A DNA stretch of 62,377 nucleotides, filler included, from Sphacelaria rigidula (GCA_964200075.2; 5 parts of 5 records of this genome joined end to end with filler, not necessarily neighbours in it), one strand, 5' to 3'; positions 25,782 to 38,168 are shown, numbered from the whole stretch's first letter. Translations and numbers: made by a program. The notes: generated by a model from the sequence alone, not told the origin.

Positions 25782-26140
25782 AACACAGGATCTTACAAAT
25801 TGGGGATGAGAACCCGGAGGATTAAAATATTTATATCTAGACCAAATCTTCGAAATTCGGTTCCATTTCTTCACCTACTGATAGCCATCGACAACTGCTA
25901 TACGCCATAGAAATTTGTTCGGACGCCAAAATGGTTCCCAAATTGGTTTTTCACCTACGACCCCAACATTTCGGTGATCTAGATCAAAATTTCCATGGCG
26001 TGAGGCAGTTATCAATTACTATCAGTAGATGAAGAAATGGAACCATATTTCGAAGATTTGGTGTGGATACGAAGATTTTACTTCTCCGGGTTTCTCATCC
26101 CCAATAAAACATCCATCCCCAATTTGTAAGATCCCGTGTT
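25782..26140. mobile_element. Palindromic MITE (~360 nt)
   Basis: Ends AACACAGGATCTTACAAATTGGGGATG and CATCCCCAATTTGTAAGATCCCGTGTT; the arms are complementary over >120 nt. Confidence 0.8.
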
Positions 26141-27120
26141 TACAGGAGGTATTGAGGGTCAACTCGGCAGCCTCTGCGGAGCACTATTCTTCTCATGACA
26201 ACATAGGCACGTCAGATCATCGTTACGGCAAACATGAATCGAGGGCAGCTAACCGATCCCCAAAGCTCAGGACGTGCTGAGCACGCCTAATGCCACACAT
26301 GAAAGAAATTGTCCATGTACCAAACTCACAAAGTTTCACCTTTGGGCAGAATGTTCAAATCCGAGCATTAATGATATTCGTATAAACGGCATTCATTTGG
26401 TACGCCACGTGCAGGACTTCTTAGCTGATCTTGGACAGCGCCGATCGTCCTCTTGTCGGAAGCAGCAAGAACAGCGACAACATCGGCTCTTTGGTTGAAT
26501 GTGGAGCAGCGACACACTCAGCCGTCACGACATTCGGCGACCTGTTTCATGTACAAATGGAGCTGATACACCAGCATTTTACGCAGGGTGGATTGCTTCT
26601 CGCGCGACTAATGCACAACCGATCTCAAGGTGACAAGCTCCGCGTACTACTTACGTGTGCACCCAACATCGTACTCAAGTATCAGAGATATTCGCGAGGC
26701 CTTGACGGACAAAGCGCATTGTGAAGACTTCCGTCTGCACGCGCTTGATGAGCGAAACACCTTTCGAATACGAACAAATTCTGCACAAGCAATGAAAATG
26801 TTCTTAGCCGTGGCTTCCATGCTTGACGGATAAGTCTGGAATGTACGCTGTGATGGATTTGCACCCTCGAGGCGTAGGCAGACAGACCCTGGCCATTACT
26901 TGTTCAAGACCGTCCACATCCCCGTACATGATGACGCCACCAACAACCAACAACCGATGAGGAGCAGCTGGAATCGGTCACACCTGAGTGTTAATCGGCC
27001 ATGAATGTTCTCCCGCAAGGCGCCAACAGAATCCGTTTTAGACCACCAGCAGAGTGCTTACACATCGCCACCGGCCTCTGAAGGATGACGACCATCACCT
27101 CTACCAGAGGTAGCAACTAC

Positions 27121-30100
27121 TTATGGCGCCGTGAAATCAGACGAATAGTGCTCTGAAACGGTCACCTCCGACTTGACGTTCGTCCCGTCCTCGGACACCA
27201 GCATGCCTGCGGGAGCCATGCTGCGGGCTGCCTGCGACGGGACTGGTTTACCAATGGTATGGGCTTGTTTGGCTCTTCTTGTAGCGCCACCCTTCAAGGG
27301 AACAGCTTGCTCGGACTGCCGCACATCACCAATACATGGCTGTCTTGAATATCCGCCCTTATCATTCAAGTCTTGCGGAGCTATCTCTAGCTTCACTTTT
27401 TTCGTGCGACTCAATGGTGTCTCAACATGACAAATGGCTGGCCGCGTGTATTTCCCGCAGCGGACGTCCACCATCACATCGTCGGTGTGCTGTGAGCAGA
27501 ACTCCACCTCCCTGCTTCCCGCCAACCCAAACGACGCCTGCTTGAAGCCCTCCCGAGAGCATGTGTTCTGCGTGACATTCACCATCCCGTCCTCGGCGTG
27601 CTGTGAGCAGAGCTCTGCCTTCGTGCTTCCCACCAAACCAAACGACGCCCGCTTCGAGCAATTGTCGCGGGAGCACGTGTTTCTCCAGACGTCCACCATC
27701 CCATCCTCGGCGTGCTGTGAACAGAATTTCGCCTTCTTGCTTCCCGCCAACCCGAACGACGCCAGCTTGAAGCAGTCCTCTCTGGAGCACGAGCTCTGCA
27801 TGACATCCACCATTCCGTCCTCGGCGTACTGTGAGCAGAACTCCGCTTCCTTGCTTCCTGCCAACTCGAACGACGCCTGTTTGGAGCAAGCGTCGCGGCA
27901 GTATGTGTTCTTCCAGACGTTCACCATTCCGTCCTCGGCGTGCTGTGAGCAGAATTTCGCCTTTTTGCTTCCCGCCGACCCATACGAGGCCCGCTTGGAG
28001 CAGCCCTCGCGGGAGCACGTGATTTTCCAGACGTTCACCATCCCGTCCCAGGCGTGCTGTGAGCAGAATTCCCCCTTCTTGCTTCCCGCCAACCCACACG
28101 ACGCCAGCTTGAAGCAGTCCTCTCTGGAGCACGAGCTCTGCATGACATTCATCATTCCGTCCCCGGCGTGCTGTGAGCAGAATTCCGCCTTTTTGCTTCG
28201 CACCAAACCAAACGACGCCCGCTTCGAGCAATTGTCGCGGGAGCACGTGTTTCTCCAGACGTTCACCATCCCGTCCCCGGCGTGCTGTGAGCAGAATTCC
28301 GCCTTTTTGCTTCCCGCCAACCCAAACGACGCCTGCTTGAAGCAGCCCTCGCGGGAGCACGTGTTCTGCCTGACATTCACCATCCCGTCCTCGGCGTGCT
28401 GTGAGCAGAATTCCCCCTTCTTGCTTCCCGCCAACCCGAAAGACGCCCGCTTCGAGCAATTGTCGCGGGAGCACGTGTTTCTCCAGACGTCCACCATCCC
28501 GTCCTCGGCGTGCTGTGAGCAGAATTCCGCCTTTTTGCTTCCCGCCAACCCAAACGACGCCTGCTTGGAGCAGTCCTCTCCGGAGCAGGTGTTCTGCCTG
28601 ACATTCACCATCCCGTTCCCGGCGTGCTGTGAGCAGAATTCCGCCTTTTTGCTTCCCGCCAACCCAAACGACGCCTGCTTGAAGCAGCCCTCGCGGGAGC
28701 ACGTGTTCTGCCTGACATTCACCATCCCGTCCTCGGCGTGCTGTGAGCAGAATTCCGCCTTTTTGCTTCCCGCCGACCCATACGAGGCCCGCTGGGAGCA
28801 GCCCTCGCGGGAGCACGTGTTATTCGGGACATTGATCATCCCGTCTCCGGCGTGCTGTGAGCAGAACACTCGCTTCCTATTACCCGCCAACCCAAACGAC
28901 GCCTGCTTAGAGCAGCTCTCTCTGGAGCACGTGTTTTTCCAGACGTTCACCATTCCGTCCTCGGCGTGCTGGAAGCAAAATATTTGCTTTCTGCTTCTCG
29001 CCAACCCAAACGACGCCTGCTTTGAGCAGTCGTCGCGGGAGCACCTGTTCCGCATGACATACATCATCCCGTCCTCGGCGTGCTGTGAGCAGAACACCGC
29101 CTTTTGGCTTCTCGCCAACCCAAACGACGCCTCCTCAGAGCAGCTCTCTCTGGAGCACGTGTTCTTCTTGACGTTCACCATCCCGTCCTCGGCGTGCTGT
29201 GAGCAGCATTCTGCTTTCTTGCTTCCCGCCGACCCAAACGACGCCTGCTTAGAGCAGCCGTCGCGGGAGCACGTATTCCGACTGACATTCATCATACCGT
29301 CCTCGGCGTGCTGCAAGCAGAATTCCGCTTTCTTGCTTCCCGCCAACCCAAACGACGGCCGCTTGGAGCAGCCTTCACGGAAGCACGTGTTTTTCCTGAC
29401 ATTCAGCATCCCGTCCTCGGCGTGCTGTGAGCAGTATTCCGCCTTCTTGCTTCCTGCAAACCCATACGACGCCTGCTTAGAGCAGCCCTCGCGAGAGCAC
29501 GTGTTCTTCGTGACATTCACCATCCCGTCCTCGGCGTGCTGTGAGCAGCATTCTGCTTTCTTGCTTCCCGCCGACCCAAACGCCGGCTGCTTAGAGCAGC
29601 CCTCGCGGGAGCACGTATTCCGACTGACATTCATCATACCGTCCTCGGCGTGCTGCAAGCAGAATTCCGCTTTCTTGCTTCCCGCCAACCCAAACGACGG
29701 CCGCTTGGAGCAGCCTTCACGGGAGCACGTGTTCTTCCTGACATTCAGCATCCCGTCCTCGGCGTGCTGTGAGCAGTATTCCGCCTTCTTGCTTCCCGCC
29801 AACCCGAAAGACGGTCTCGTAAAGCAGCTGTCGTGAGAGCACGTGTTCTTCATGACATTCGCCATCCCGTCCTCGGCGTGCTGTGAGCAGAATTCCGCCT
29901 TTTTGCTTCCCGCCAACCCAAACGACGCCCGCTTGGAACAACTCTCTCTGGAGCACGTGTTGTTCATGACATTCACCATCCCGTCCTCGGCGTGCCGTGA
30001 GCAGAACACCGCCTTTTTGTTTCCCGTCAACCCAAACGACGCCCGGTTATAGCAGGACTCCCTGGAGCACGTGTTCTTCTTGACGTTCACCATCCCGTTC

Positions 30101-30752
30101 TCGGTATGCTGTGAACAAAACATTCGCTTCTTGCTTCCTGCCAACCCAAATGACGCCTGCTTAGAGCAGCCGTCGCGGGAGCAAGTGTTGCTCCCGACAC
30201 TCACCATTCCGTGCTGGGCGTGCTGTGAGCTCAACACTCGCTCCCTGCTTTCCACAGACCCAAACGACGGCCCCTTGGAGCAGCCCCCTCTGGACAACGT
30301 ACTGTTGGTGACAGTCACCATCTCATGCTCGGCGTGCTGTTCGCAAAACATCCGCTTGTCTCCTGCCAACCCAAGCGACGCCTGCTTGCAGCAACCCTCT
30401 TCGGAACAGGTATACTTCGTCACATGAACCATCCTATCCCCGGCGTGCTGTGAGAAGAATTCCGCCTTCTTGGTTCCCGCTAACCCGTACGGCGTCCGCG
30501 TGGAGCGGCCCTCCGTGGAGCACGTGTTGTTGCTAACATCCACCATCTTGTCCTCTGCGTGCTGTGAGCAAAACTCCGCCTTCTGCTTCCTGCCAACCCA
30601 AACGACGGCCACATGGAGCAGCTCTTTGTGGAGCACTCCTCATCCTTGTCATTCACCATCCTGCCAAACTGGCGGGGTTTCGCAACATTGGCAGCGTAGG
30701 TAGCAGTAAACAAGTCAGCCATTCCGTTGTATGATTTGCCGGATTCGCCCAT
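27121..30752 (-). CDS. EsV-1-7 (C-x4-C-x16-C-x2-H) tandem-repeat protein, ~28 repeats of 38 aa, no introns in the coding region; 1-nt frameshift near 30584
   Basis: ORF 27121-30636 consists of TCSREGCSKQASFGLAGSKKAEFCSQHAEDGMVNVxxN repeats plus a ~110-aa tail. The N-terminus and first half-repeat lie in ORF 30480-30752. Confidence 0.92.
27454..30640. repeat. 114-bp coding minisatellite
   Basis: CATCCCGTCCTCGGCGTGCTGTGAGCAG recurs with a 114-nt period. Confidence 0.97.
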
Positions 30753-33700
30753 ATCAATTACACACCGGGCGGTACTACAGAGTGTGGAAGGTGTTTTTCA
30801 ATGAGTACTGTCGTAGTGCCGTCTCCTACATACCCTAATGCCATGACTGTACAATTTGGTACTGTAGTGTACTGTACTATGAGGGATGCACCACAGCGTT
30901 GTCGAGAGAATCGTGGACTGCCTGTATTTAACTGCTACACATTATCATATTGGCTATGATGTCGGGGTACAAACGGTACTAGAAGCACATCGAGGAGTGC
31001 AGGTGCGGCGAGCTTTACTCGGGCTATACAGGTTTCACGTATGGCAACATGCCGCAGGTCACGTGTGGAACGTGTTAGGTTGATAGCGTATATCTGGTGA
31101 TATCTTCAGGGTATGACACACAATCCCTTGCCCCCGACCCCGCCCCCGGGTCTGAATTATTCGGTAGGCAAGTGGGCATTTGCCAGTGTTCCAGAAGAAG
31201 GTATTTTGCTGCAACGTGCATCACGTATCCTCTTGATCTCAACGCATCATTTCCACGAGTACTGGGACGCACATCCCCCAACATCTTGACCCTCATATCG
31301 ACGGCAATTTCTTGAACATGATACATATGGCAGACTGCATATGAAGTGGGACAGATTCGCTTGGTAACCTACCAATCAGATCGCTCGATTTTGCTTGGGA
31401 CTCCCGAGGGGAGTACTCTTGAACCAAGTGTTCGTGCAGTCTAACTTGTAGCGCGTTTCAGCCGAATACAGTGTCATAGGTAATACATCGTACAGTATTG
31501 TACACTGAACACAATGCAGTAGTACGGTACAGTACAGGCGCCCAACATACGGCACCGGCAGGAGTGTCGCAGCAATGGACAGCGCGTTGTTTGTCTTACC
31601 CAAGACGAAACAGTCAACACACCCATGAAGCTTTCACCAGTGTGCAGCCAGCACTGCGTGCCGACCAACATAGTTTTCTGCAGAGGCGAACACGACGACA
31701 ATGTCGCAGCCCATGCGATCCAAACCGTGTTCACAATTTGTGAACACACCACAACAAAACAGTGGAAGCTCCGACACATGAGAGAGGGCTTGGGTATTTT
31801 TCCTGCGATGCAGTAGTGAACCAGGACATGTCCCATGTTTGAGTCCTCCGTCTGATTGTAAAGAGGTCTTCAATTTTGGGCCAGTGCCGAGTTTGAACAC
31901 TCGGCCATAGTCTCGCTTCTTTCATTTCATTTTGTTACCCTAATCTTAATTAAGCAGACTCTGTCCCGGTACATCTTCATTTTGCCATACATACCACCAT
32001 GTCTTGGGAGACGAGGCAGCCTGGAGAGGTGCAAGTGCTCGTTTAACCCCTGTTGCCGAATTTCATCCTCTTGCACTCTACTTGCTGCCCGTACTATACA
32101 TGCAGAATCTTCCGTGAATGAAAGCGTGTGCCGTGGGCTCGGCATTGTGTTGTATCCGTTTCTTCTCATTATATCGTCAGAGTAACAGTGCAATTCAATG
32201 GGTACTGGGATTTACCTACCTCAACCTCTCGCACAAACCCTCATTTCGGCGAGACCAGCGACACACGTCATGGTCAGTCTGATAGGAATCTTGGTTGAAT
32301 TCCTACTCCGGCAAGTAGCTTGACGTTTTGGGTTTCAAACGCAGGTTCAAGGCGGTCTTCTGATAGAGGACACAGATGCAAGGCGGTAGGTACTACAGAC
32401 AGCAGGAAGCCAACGACCCCAACACAGAATAATACCGTGCAATCAGTGCAAACAACAGTACAGCACCAGCTCAGGGGGGGTGTTCATTGTATCCTACACG
32501 GTCGCACACTGCGTGCAGTAAACGTTGCGTGTCGACAGCAGAGTCGTTACAATCAAATCTACTGCGGCATTGTAGCTTCGCGAGCTTGAGTGCAATTGCG
32601 TTTTCGCGCGACCGCTCAGGGTTCAGGATATGCAGTGGTGATTAACCGACCGTCGTGTACTGTACTGTGCAGTCACGGTACAGTCGTTGCAGCACAATAC
32701 TGTCCACACAACAAAGTAATATGTTAAGTCACTCAACTATATACAGCACAGATGCACCACTCTCTTTAAACCCTACAAACTGTGCTCCCTGGAGGTTGCG
32801 TAAAATGTAAGCCGCATAACACGGTGCACAGCAGTTATCGCGACCTGTACCTCCTGTTATCAGAGTGATGTGGGTGCTCCTGTACATGGAACCTCACGTC
32901 CACCGTCCACCTGCATTCTCAAGGACTAGTATGCCAAAGGCAAGATAGTTTTGTGTCGTACAATGCATACAGTAGTTGCGTCTGAATACCTACGACGGGG
33001 TCAGACAGATTTCCATATTGGTGCCGAGAGTGCCCGAAAACTTGAAAGGGTGCATAGTATCTCCTCAAGCTGAAATTTGGTGGTCACGGAGCATGAGGGG
33101 GGATGGGGGTTCCAGGGAATTCTGTGCGCCCTTCAAGTGAAATATTGTTATCTGGCGTGCATATAGTATGTTCTCATCGTATGATGTCGAACGGTCTCAA
33201 CGTTTTCAACGACTTCTATTGGTTATGCTTGATCCAAGTCATTATCTGGACCATACTGAAGTCGAGTAGTGAACGTCCCCGTGTACTATGTCTACCAAGT
33301 TGGGTATTTTCTGTCTCAAGCCACGCAGTTACCTCTACGTTTTGACTTTAGAATATGCACACTGTACTCAAATGATCATGGCTTTACCTGATCCAAGTAA
33401 AGCAGTTGGCTTATACTGAAACCAATTTTGTCTTCCCCTGGTGTCTTCCCTGGTTTTGGGGGCAGCGAGGAGACAACGCTTCCGGGCGCATCGAAAGTTA
33501 ATCGGTCGTGCCGATCTTTGTGTGGAATTCTACATAACAGCATCCCTGAATAAAACATTATCTGTGCAACAACCGAAAACAGCACGGGGCGTGCTTGTGC
33601 ATACCGAGGGTCTGCCAACTGATTGTGGAATACACCAGATCGTGGCATTCATGGGAGTTAATATTGTGTTTGAGTGCGACGTGTTCAACAGCCTCGGTTG

Positions 33701-34310
33701 CTTGCTACCGATTGAACTAGTGGCACCAGCTACCATGGAGCAGTAATGGAAGCAAAGGGTGGACTGTTCCATCTCTGAACATATACAATGATGAGAGAAA
33801 CAAGTCAGTTGAGATGCCGAACGTACTGTACAACAAGGTGATTGGCGGCCCTCACCGCCTTGGTACGTACATCGATTCCGAGCTCCTCGATGCGCACATT
33901 CCAGTATATCGCCCCGTGTCCAATCTCTGGAACATTTATCGAAGTTGAACCCCAGCCTCGCGTGTCACGGAGGCCTCCTCTGGTTGTTGCATACTCACTG
34001 AACTAAGCACTCAAAACGCGTACAAATGTCGGTGGTGCTCGTACTGCGGTGGAGGGTGGTGCTGTGTTTAGATTGCTGGTAACCTACTGACCGCTACGGT
34101 GGGTGATCAGGGTCTCGAACTCATTCTTCGAGTGAACATGATGCTGATTTGGTAAATGTGGTACAAACCCTCCCAAAGGTTGAACCTTCAGTAGCCAGAG
34201 GGGTCATCCGCTGAATCGGGATCATTTTCATTTGAAATAGATTGCTCTGCTTTGCATCGCGCTTCCAATTTTCTTTTCCTTTGTTATGATGAAAAAGGAG
34301 CATAATCGGC

Positions 34311-34640
34311 CCGTAGCCATCGTTCAAGCCATCGCACGGTGCAAACGACCTCGTAGCGGTCGAGAAACGCGCCTGCTGCACAGTACCAAAAAATACCCCA
34401 AACCGACTGGAGGTGGCCATAAGCTATGTCCAAGTCGCGAGTTAGACATAGCTCATGTCCACCTCCAGGAAGTGGAATACCTGTCCGCGCTTATCACATG
34501 TGCCTTGCATCGACACCACAGCAGGTGCAATACTCTCACACATTCCGTAGCCACCGTTCAAGCCATCGTGGGGTGCAAACGGCCTGGTAGCGTAGGAGAA
34601 ATGCGCCTGCTACACACACGACAAAAAAATACACATATCT
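34311..34640. repeat. Diverged direct duplication (~95-nt unit at ~34311 and ~34545)
   Basis: CCGTAGCCA(T/C)CGTTCAAGCCATCG...GAGAAA(C/T)GCGCCTGCT occurs twice. Confidence 0.7.
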
Positions 34641-34949
34641 GCACCGGACTGGACTTGGACATAGTTTTTGTCAAAAACGCGACTTAGGCAACTTGAGCAT
34701 AATCTATGTTGGCTGGAGGCATGGGAGCGCGTAATCATGGCCTTGCGATTGATGGCGGTCGCGTTGCAGACGAGAACGCCAACGGGTGATTGCCGCTAGT
34801 ACGTTTTACCCGCATTGTTCCGCGATGCACTGAGGGTTCAGCCAACGTGATTAGCATGTATCCAGTGTACAGTGTCCAATAAACTAGAAATGTGCTGCAA
34901 TTAGCACGTTTTATGTGCCTTGCATCGACACTCAACAGGTAGAAGGAGG

Positions 34950-35770
34950 AATAGCAGCAGTATCAGCAGCATCTTTCCTGCCAGAAGATGTACCCGGGTG
35001 GGGGTGGGTCTGAATCAGTCGGTGCCGATATTGCTGCTGCTGCCGTTTTTCCTCATGGGAGAGACGGTCCCCTTTTCGATCGTGCTACAACGCCCACACA
35101 CCTTGCGCGTGATAGCCACAGTGCTGGAAGGCGCTGGTCCGTACTACCCGCTGATGAGTCTATGCGTCCCCACTACGCTAAGTGCTGGGAGATATAGCTG
35201 TGGGCGTCTGTCTGTGCGAGCTGTGCACGTCGGGTGTTTCTCGCACGCGTGGCTACGGGTAGTGATGGGGATGAAGCCAGCGTCCAGTACAGGGGAAAAC
35301 AATTGATACATACTGTACTCGTACTGAAAATGCTATGTGGGTAACAACACGCAAACAGATCACAGTCGCTTTCAAGTAGGGAGGAGGCAATATTGCGCCA
35401 GGTGCATGGGTATTGTGCGTCGAAACGCGGGTCGCCTCCCGCACGAGTAGCAGCAGCAGCAGTAGCAGCAGTACATTTATTGCCAGTAAATGTACGCGGC
35501 TGGGGGTGGGTCTGAATCAGCCGGTGCCGATGCTGCTGCTGCTGCTGCTGCTCTTCATCGTTGACGATCCGCGTTTCGACCGGGCGACAACACGCACGCA
35601 CAATGCGAGTGATAGCCACCGTGCTGGACAGCGCTGGTACGTACTACCCGCCGATGCGTCCATGCTTGCTTACTCGGCGAAGTTCTGGGAGATACAGCTG
35701 TGCGCATCTCTCTGTGGGGGCTGTGCACGTGGAGTGTGTCTCCCACGCGTGGCTACTGCTGGTGATGGCA
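34950..35770. repeat. Diverged tandem duplication (~320-nt units at ~34950 and ~35450)
   Basis: Both units share TGGGGGTGGGTCTGAATCAG, GATAGCCAC, GTACTACCCGC and CACGCGTGGCTAC in the same order. Confidence 0.8.
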
Positions 35771-37119
35771 TTGTTTGGTTTCTGTTTGCCAAAGATAAAA
35801 AACAATGCGGATTCGAGTATGTGGGAGAGGGGTCACGTTTTGAGCAATTGTTGGGCAATATTTGGGCAAGGTTCTTGAAAGGTTCTGGTTGATTCTGAAA
35901 TTATTCTGAAAAACGAAACACTTTTCTGTCACAGAAATCCTGTGAGACTACAACCAATTTCAAAATTGGAATAGGATATCCTGAAACTCAGGCACAGAAA
36001 AACAGGTCGTTACATGCAATAAATGACCTTATGCTTTGTACATTGCGGGAGGAAGTCGAATTGGATATTAGGCATTACGTCGATTAGGGCACAAATCAAA
36101 TCGCACGGCTCCAAACGGAAACATCAAGGCCTACGGCTGACAAGGCTGCGCTCAGCGAGAGTTCTCAGCCGAGGCAACGTAGCTGTGAGCAGAGAAACTT
36201 CAGGACGCGATGGCCATGCTGCCGACACCGCAGCGCCCGGTGAGAACGATCTCAGCCAAGGAAATGTATTTGCCGGCTGTAATATTTGATGACGAAGAAA
36301 TATTGAGGGAACGATCGATGATTCCCAGCAGAAAAAGTTCAGATAATGCAGCACGCGGTGCCGCAATGCGTTTATATTCAAATTGGCGCCGTATAACACA
36401 TTAGCTGCCCGAGTGTTGGTCTGCCTTCGTCAACATGATCAGGGTTGGCGATAGAGAGGAGATGGATGAGTGCTTTCAGATGATTCGGATTTGCGTTTTC
36501 AGGTTCCAGATGGTAAACAGACCTCGGAGGGAACCAACCACTGTATCAATGCTTGCACCACAGGGTCCGAGGGGGGGTGGGGGAAAAAACGTCAACACTG
36601 ACCTCGCACAGCTCCAAGACAACAAAATGTCGGGATTTGAGCGCCAACATGACTCGTTGCTCAATACACATATAATACATGTTGTATGGCAGTTTGTTGG
36701 GGTGTGTGGTGTATTGCGGGGTGTGGATGAGTGCGTAGCGTGTGAAGAGCGAGGCAGAAAGAAGGTAGCACGCGCCACAGGAGCGAGACAAGAAGCGGGG
36801 GCGAGAGAACACAAGTCTTCTACCCCCTGAAGTATCGGAACGGGCGAACAGCTCGGACTGAAAAACCAAACGTACTTGAATTTCGAGTCAATACAATGGT
36901 GACTAATCATGGCAGCGAGAGCGCCCGGAATGCTGCGCTGTGAGACATGGACAAAAACTTCTCCTCGGCTTCGACAAGTGTTGAATGTAAAAAAATGGCT
37001 ATTTGCCAAGGCTTCGCGCCACGTTGACAACATCGCGGGTGGGGGGGCGTACTCATTCGTTGCTTGCCGAAGTCATTTGAGCATTGACCACGCATCGCTA
37101 TCGAGACGGAGCACCATTC

Positions 37120-37312
37120 CAAGGATAGGTCGAATAGAGTATACTCAATACTCAGTATTTTTTGAGAATCATACTTTTAGTACTCGAAGTTTCCGTAGAG
37201 TATTTGAGGTCGTACTCACCCTACTCAATTATCCGAGTAGAGTATTTGAAATCATACCCAGTCTACTCGAAATTCGAGTCGAGTATTGGGTTCATACTCA
37301 AGTGATACTCTA
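37120..37312. repeat. TACTC/GAGTA-rich segment resembling a DNA-transposon subterminal array
   Basis: About ten TACTC/GAGTA motifs in both orientations within ~190 nt. Confidence 0.5.
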
Positions 37313-37388
37313 TAGACTAATGCCGAGATAGCCCCCCCACAAAAAGTGCACCGGAGACCGTCCGACAACCGGCTGCGATCTCACTATT

Positions 37389-37488
37389 NNNNNNNNNNNN
37401 NNNNNNNNNNNNNNNNNNNNNNNNNNNNNNNNTTAATTAATTAANNNNNNNNNNNNNNNNNNNNNNNNNNNNNNNNNNNNNNNNNNNN
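37389..37488. other. Artificial contig linker
   Basis: N44-TTAATTAATTAA-N44. Confidence 0.97.
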
Positions 37489-37805
37489 TTTGACCATTGA
37501 CCACGCATCCCTTTCGAGACGGAGCACGGAGAGGGGAGGGGGGGAGGGGTGCTCCACAGAAACGTCACAACATCTCATGACACATTGAAGGGTGACGCGG
37601 CTTGGCTCATAACATCACGATACACGTATGAGAAACAAAAGCCGTGACTGACGCACTACGAGGGCAGAGGTGATCCAAGAGGCAAAACACATTCAACAAC
37701 GTGCGTTTCGCACGAGTTCTTGGCAGACGAGGATAAAATACGATCGAGATGTATACCACGGTGCATATCCACCACGACAATATTTGTACAGCAGGTAACA
37801 CTCAC

Positions 37806-38168
37806 CCTGTGCCCGCCTGCGGCCGACACAGTGTGGCCTCTTTTGGGGGGAGGCTCTTCGGCATCTTCGGCGCTCAGACAAAAGGTAACCGGAACACCAC
37901 CGGACGCCACCCCCGACCGCCGGGACGGGTTGCCCACCAGTCCCACCGCTGCACCGGCAGCCGTATCATGGGCCATCGACCGCGGTCCGTCGCGTGGGCG
38001 CTTGGAGGGGCTAGCGCTGCTGCACTTGCCACCAGTCGTGGTGCTGCCCCGGCGACTAGCCATGTCCACCATGTGGTCGAACTTATGCGCGGCGCAGAAG
38101 CGGGCGCGCTCGCCCTCCTCGCCGTACCTCGGGCGCTTGATGCAACCGGGCTCTGCGCAGCGGGGATT
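37806..38168 (-). CDS. EsV-1-7 domain gene B, exon 2 (third repeat NPRCAEPGCIKRPRYG...FCAAHKFDHMVDM plus basic PPPKRG)
   Basis: Acceptor ATACAG|AAT and donor AGG|GTGAGT; 363 nt, phase 0/0. Joins exon 1 as VDVK|NPRC. Confidence 0.85.

Noticed and set aside
27434-29836. 800-aa plus-strand ORF and 464-aa alternate-frame ORF over the array
   Set aside because: Shadow ORFs produced by a stop-poor 114-bp repeat unit. The real frame is the EsV-1-7 protein.
27454-30640. CRISPR-like repeat-spacer array
   Set aside because: The units are homologous along their whole length and protein-coding. There are no unique spacers or cas genes.
36124-36276. Phase-0 exon that could terminate gene B
   Set aside because: It lies across a linker from gene B, so the phase match is coincidental.
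24994-37388. Integrated phaeovirus segment
   Set aside because: No NCLDV core genes or gene-dense region; the EsV-1-7 domain alone is common in host genes.
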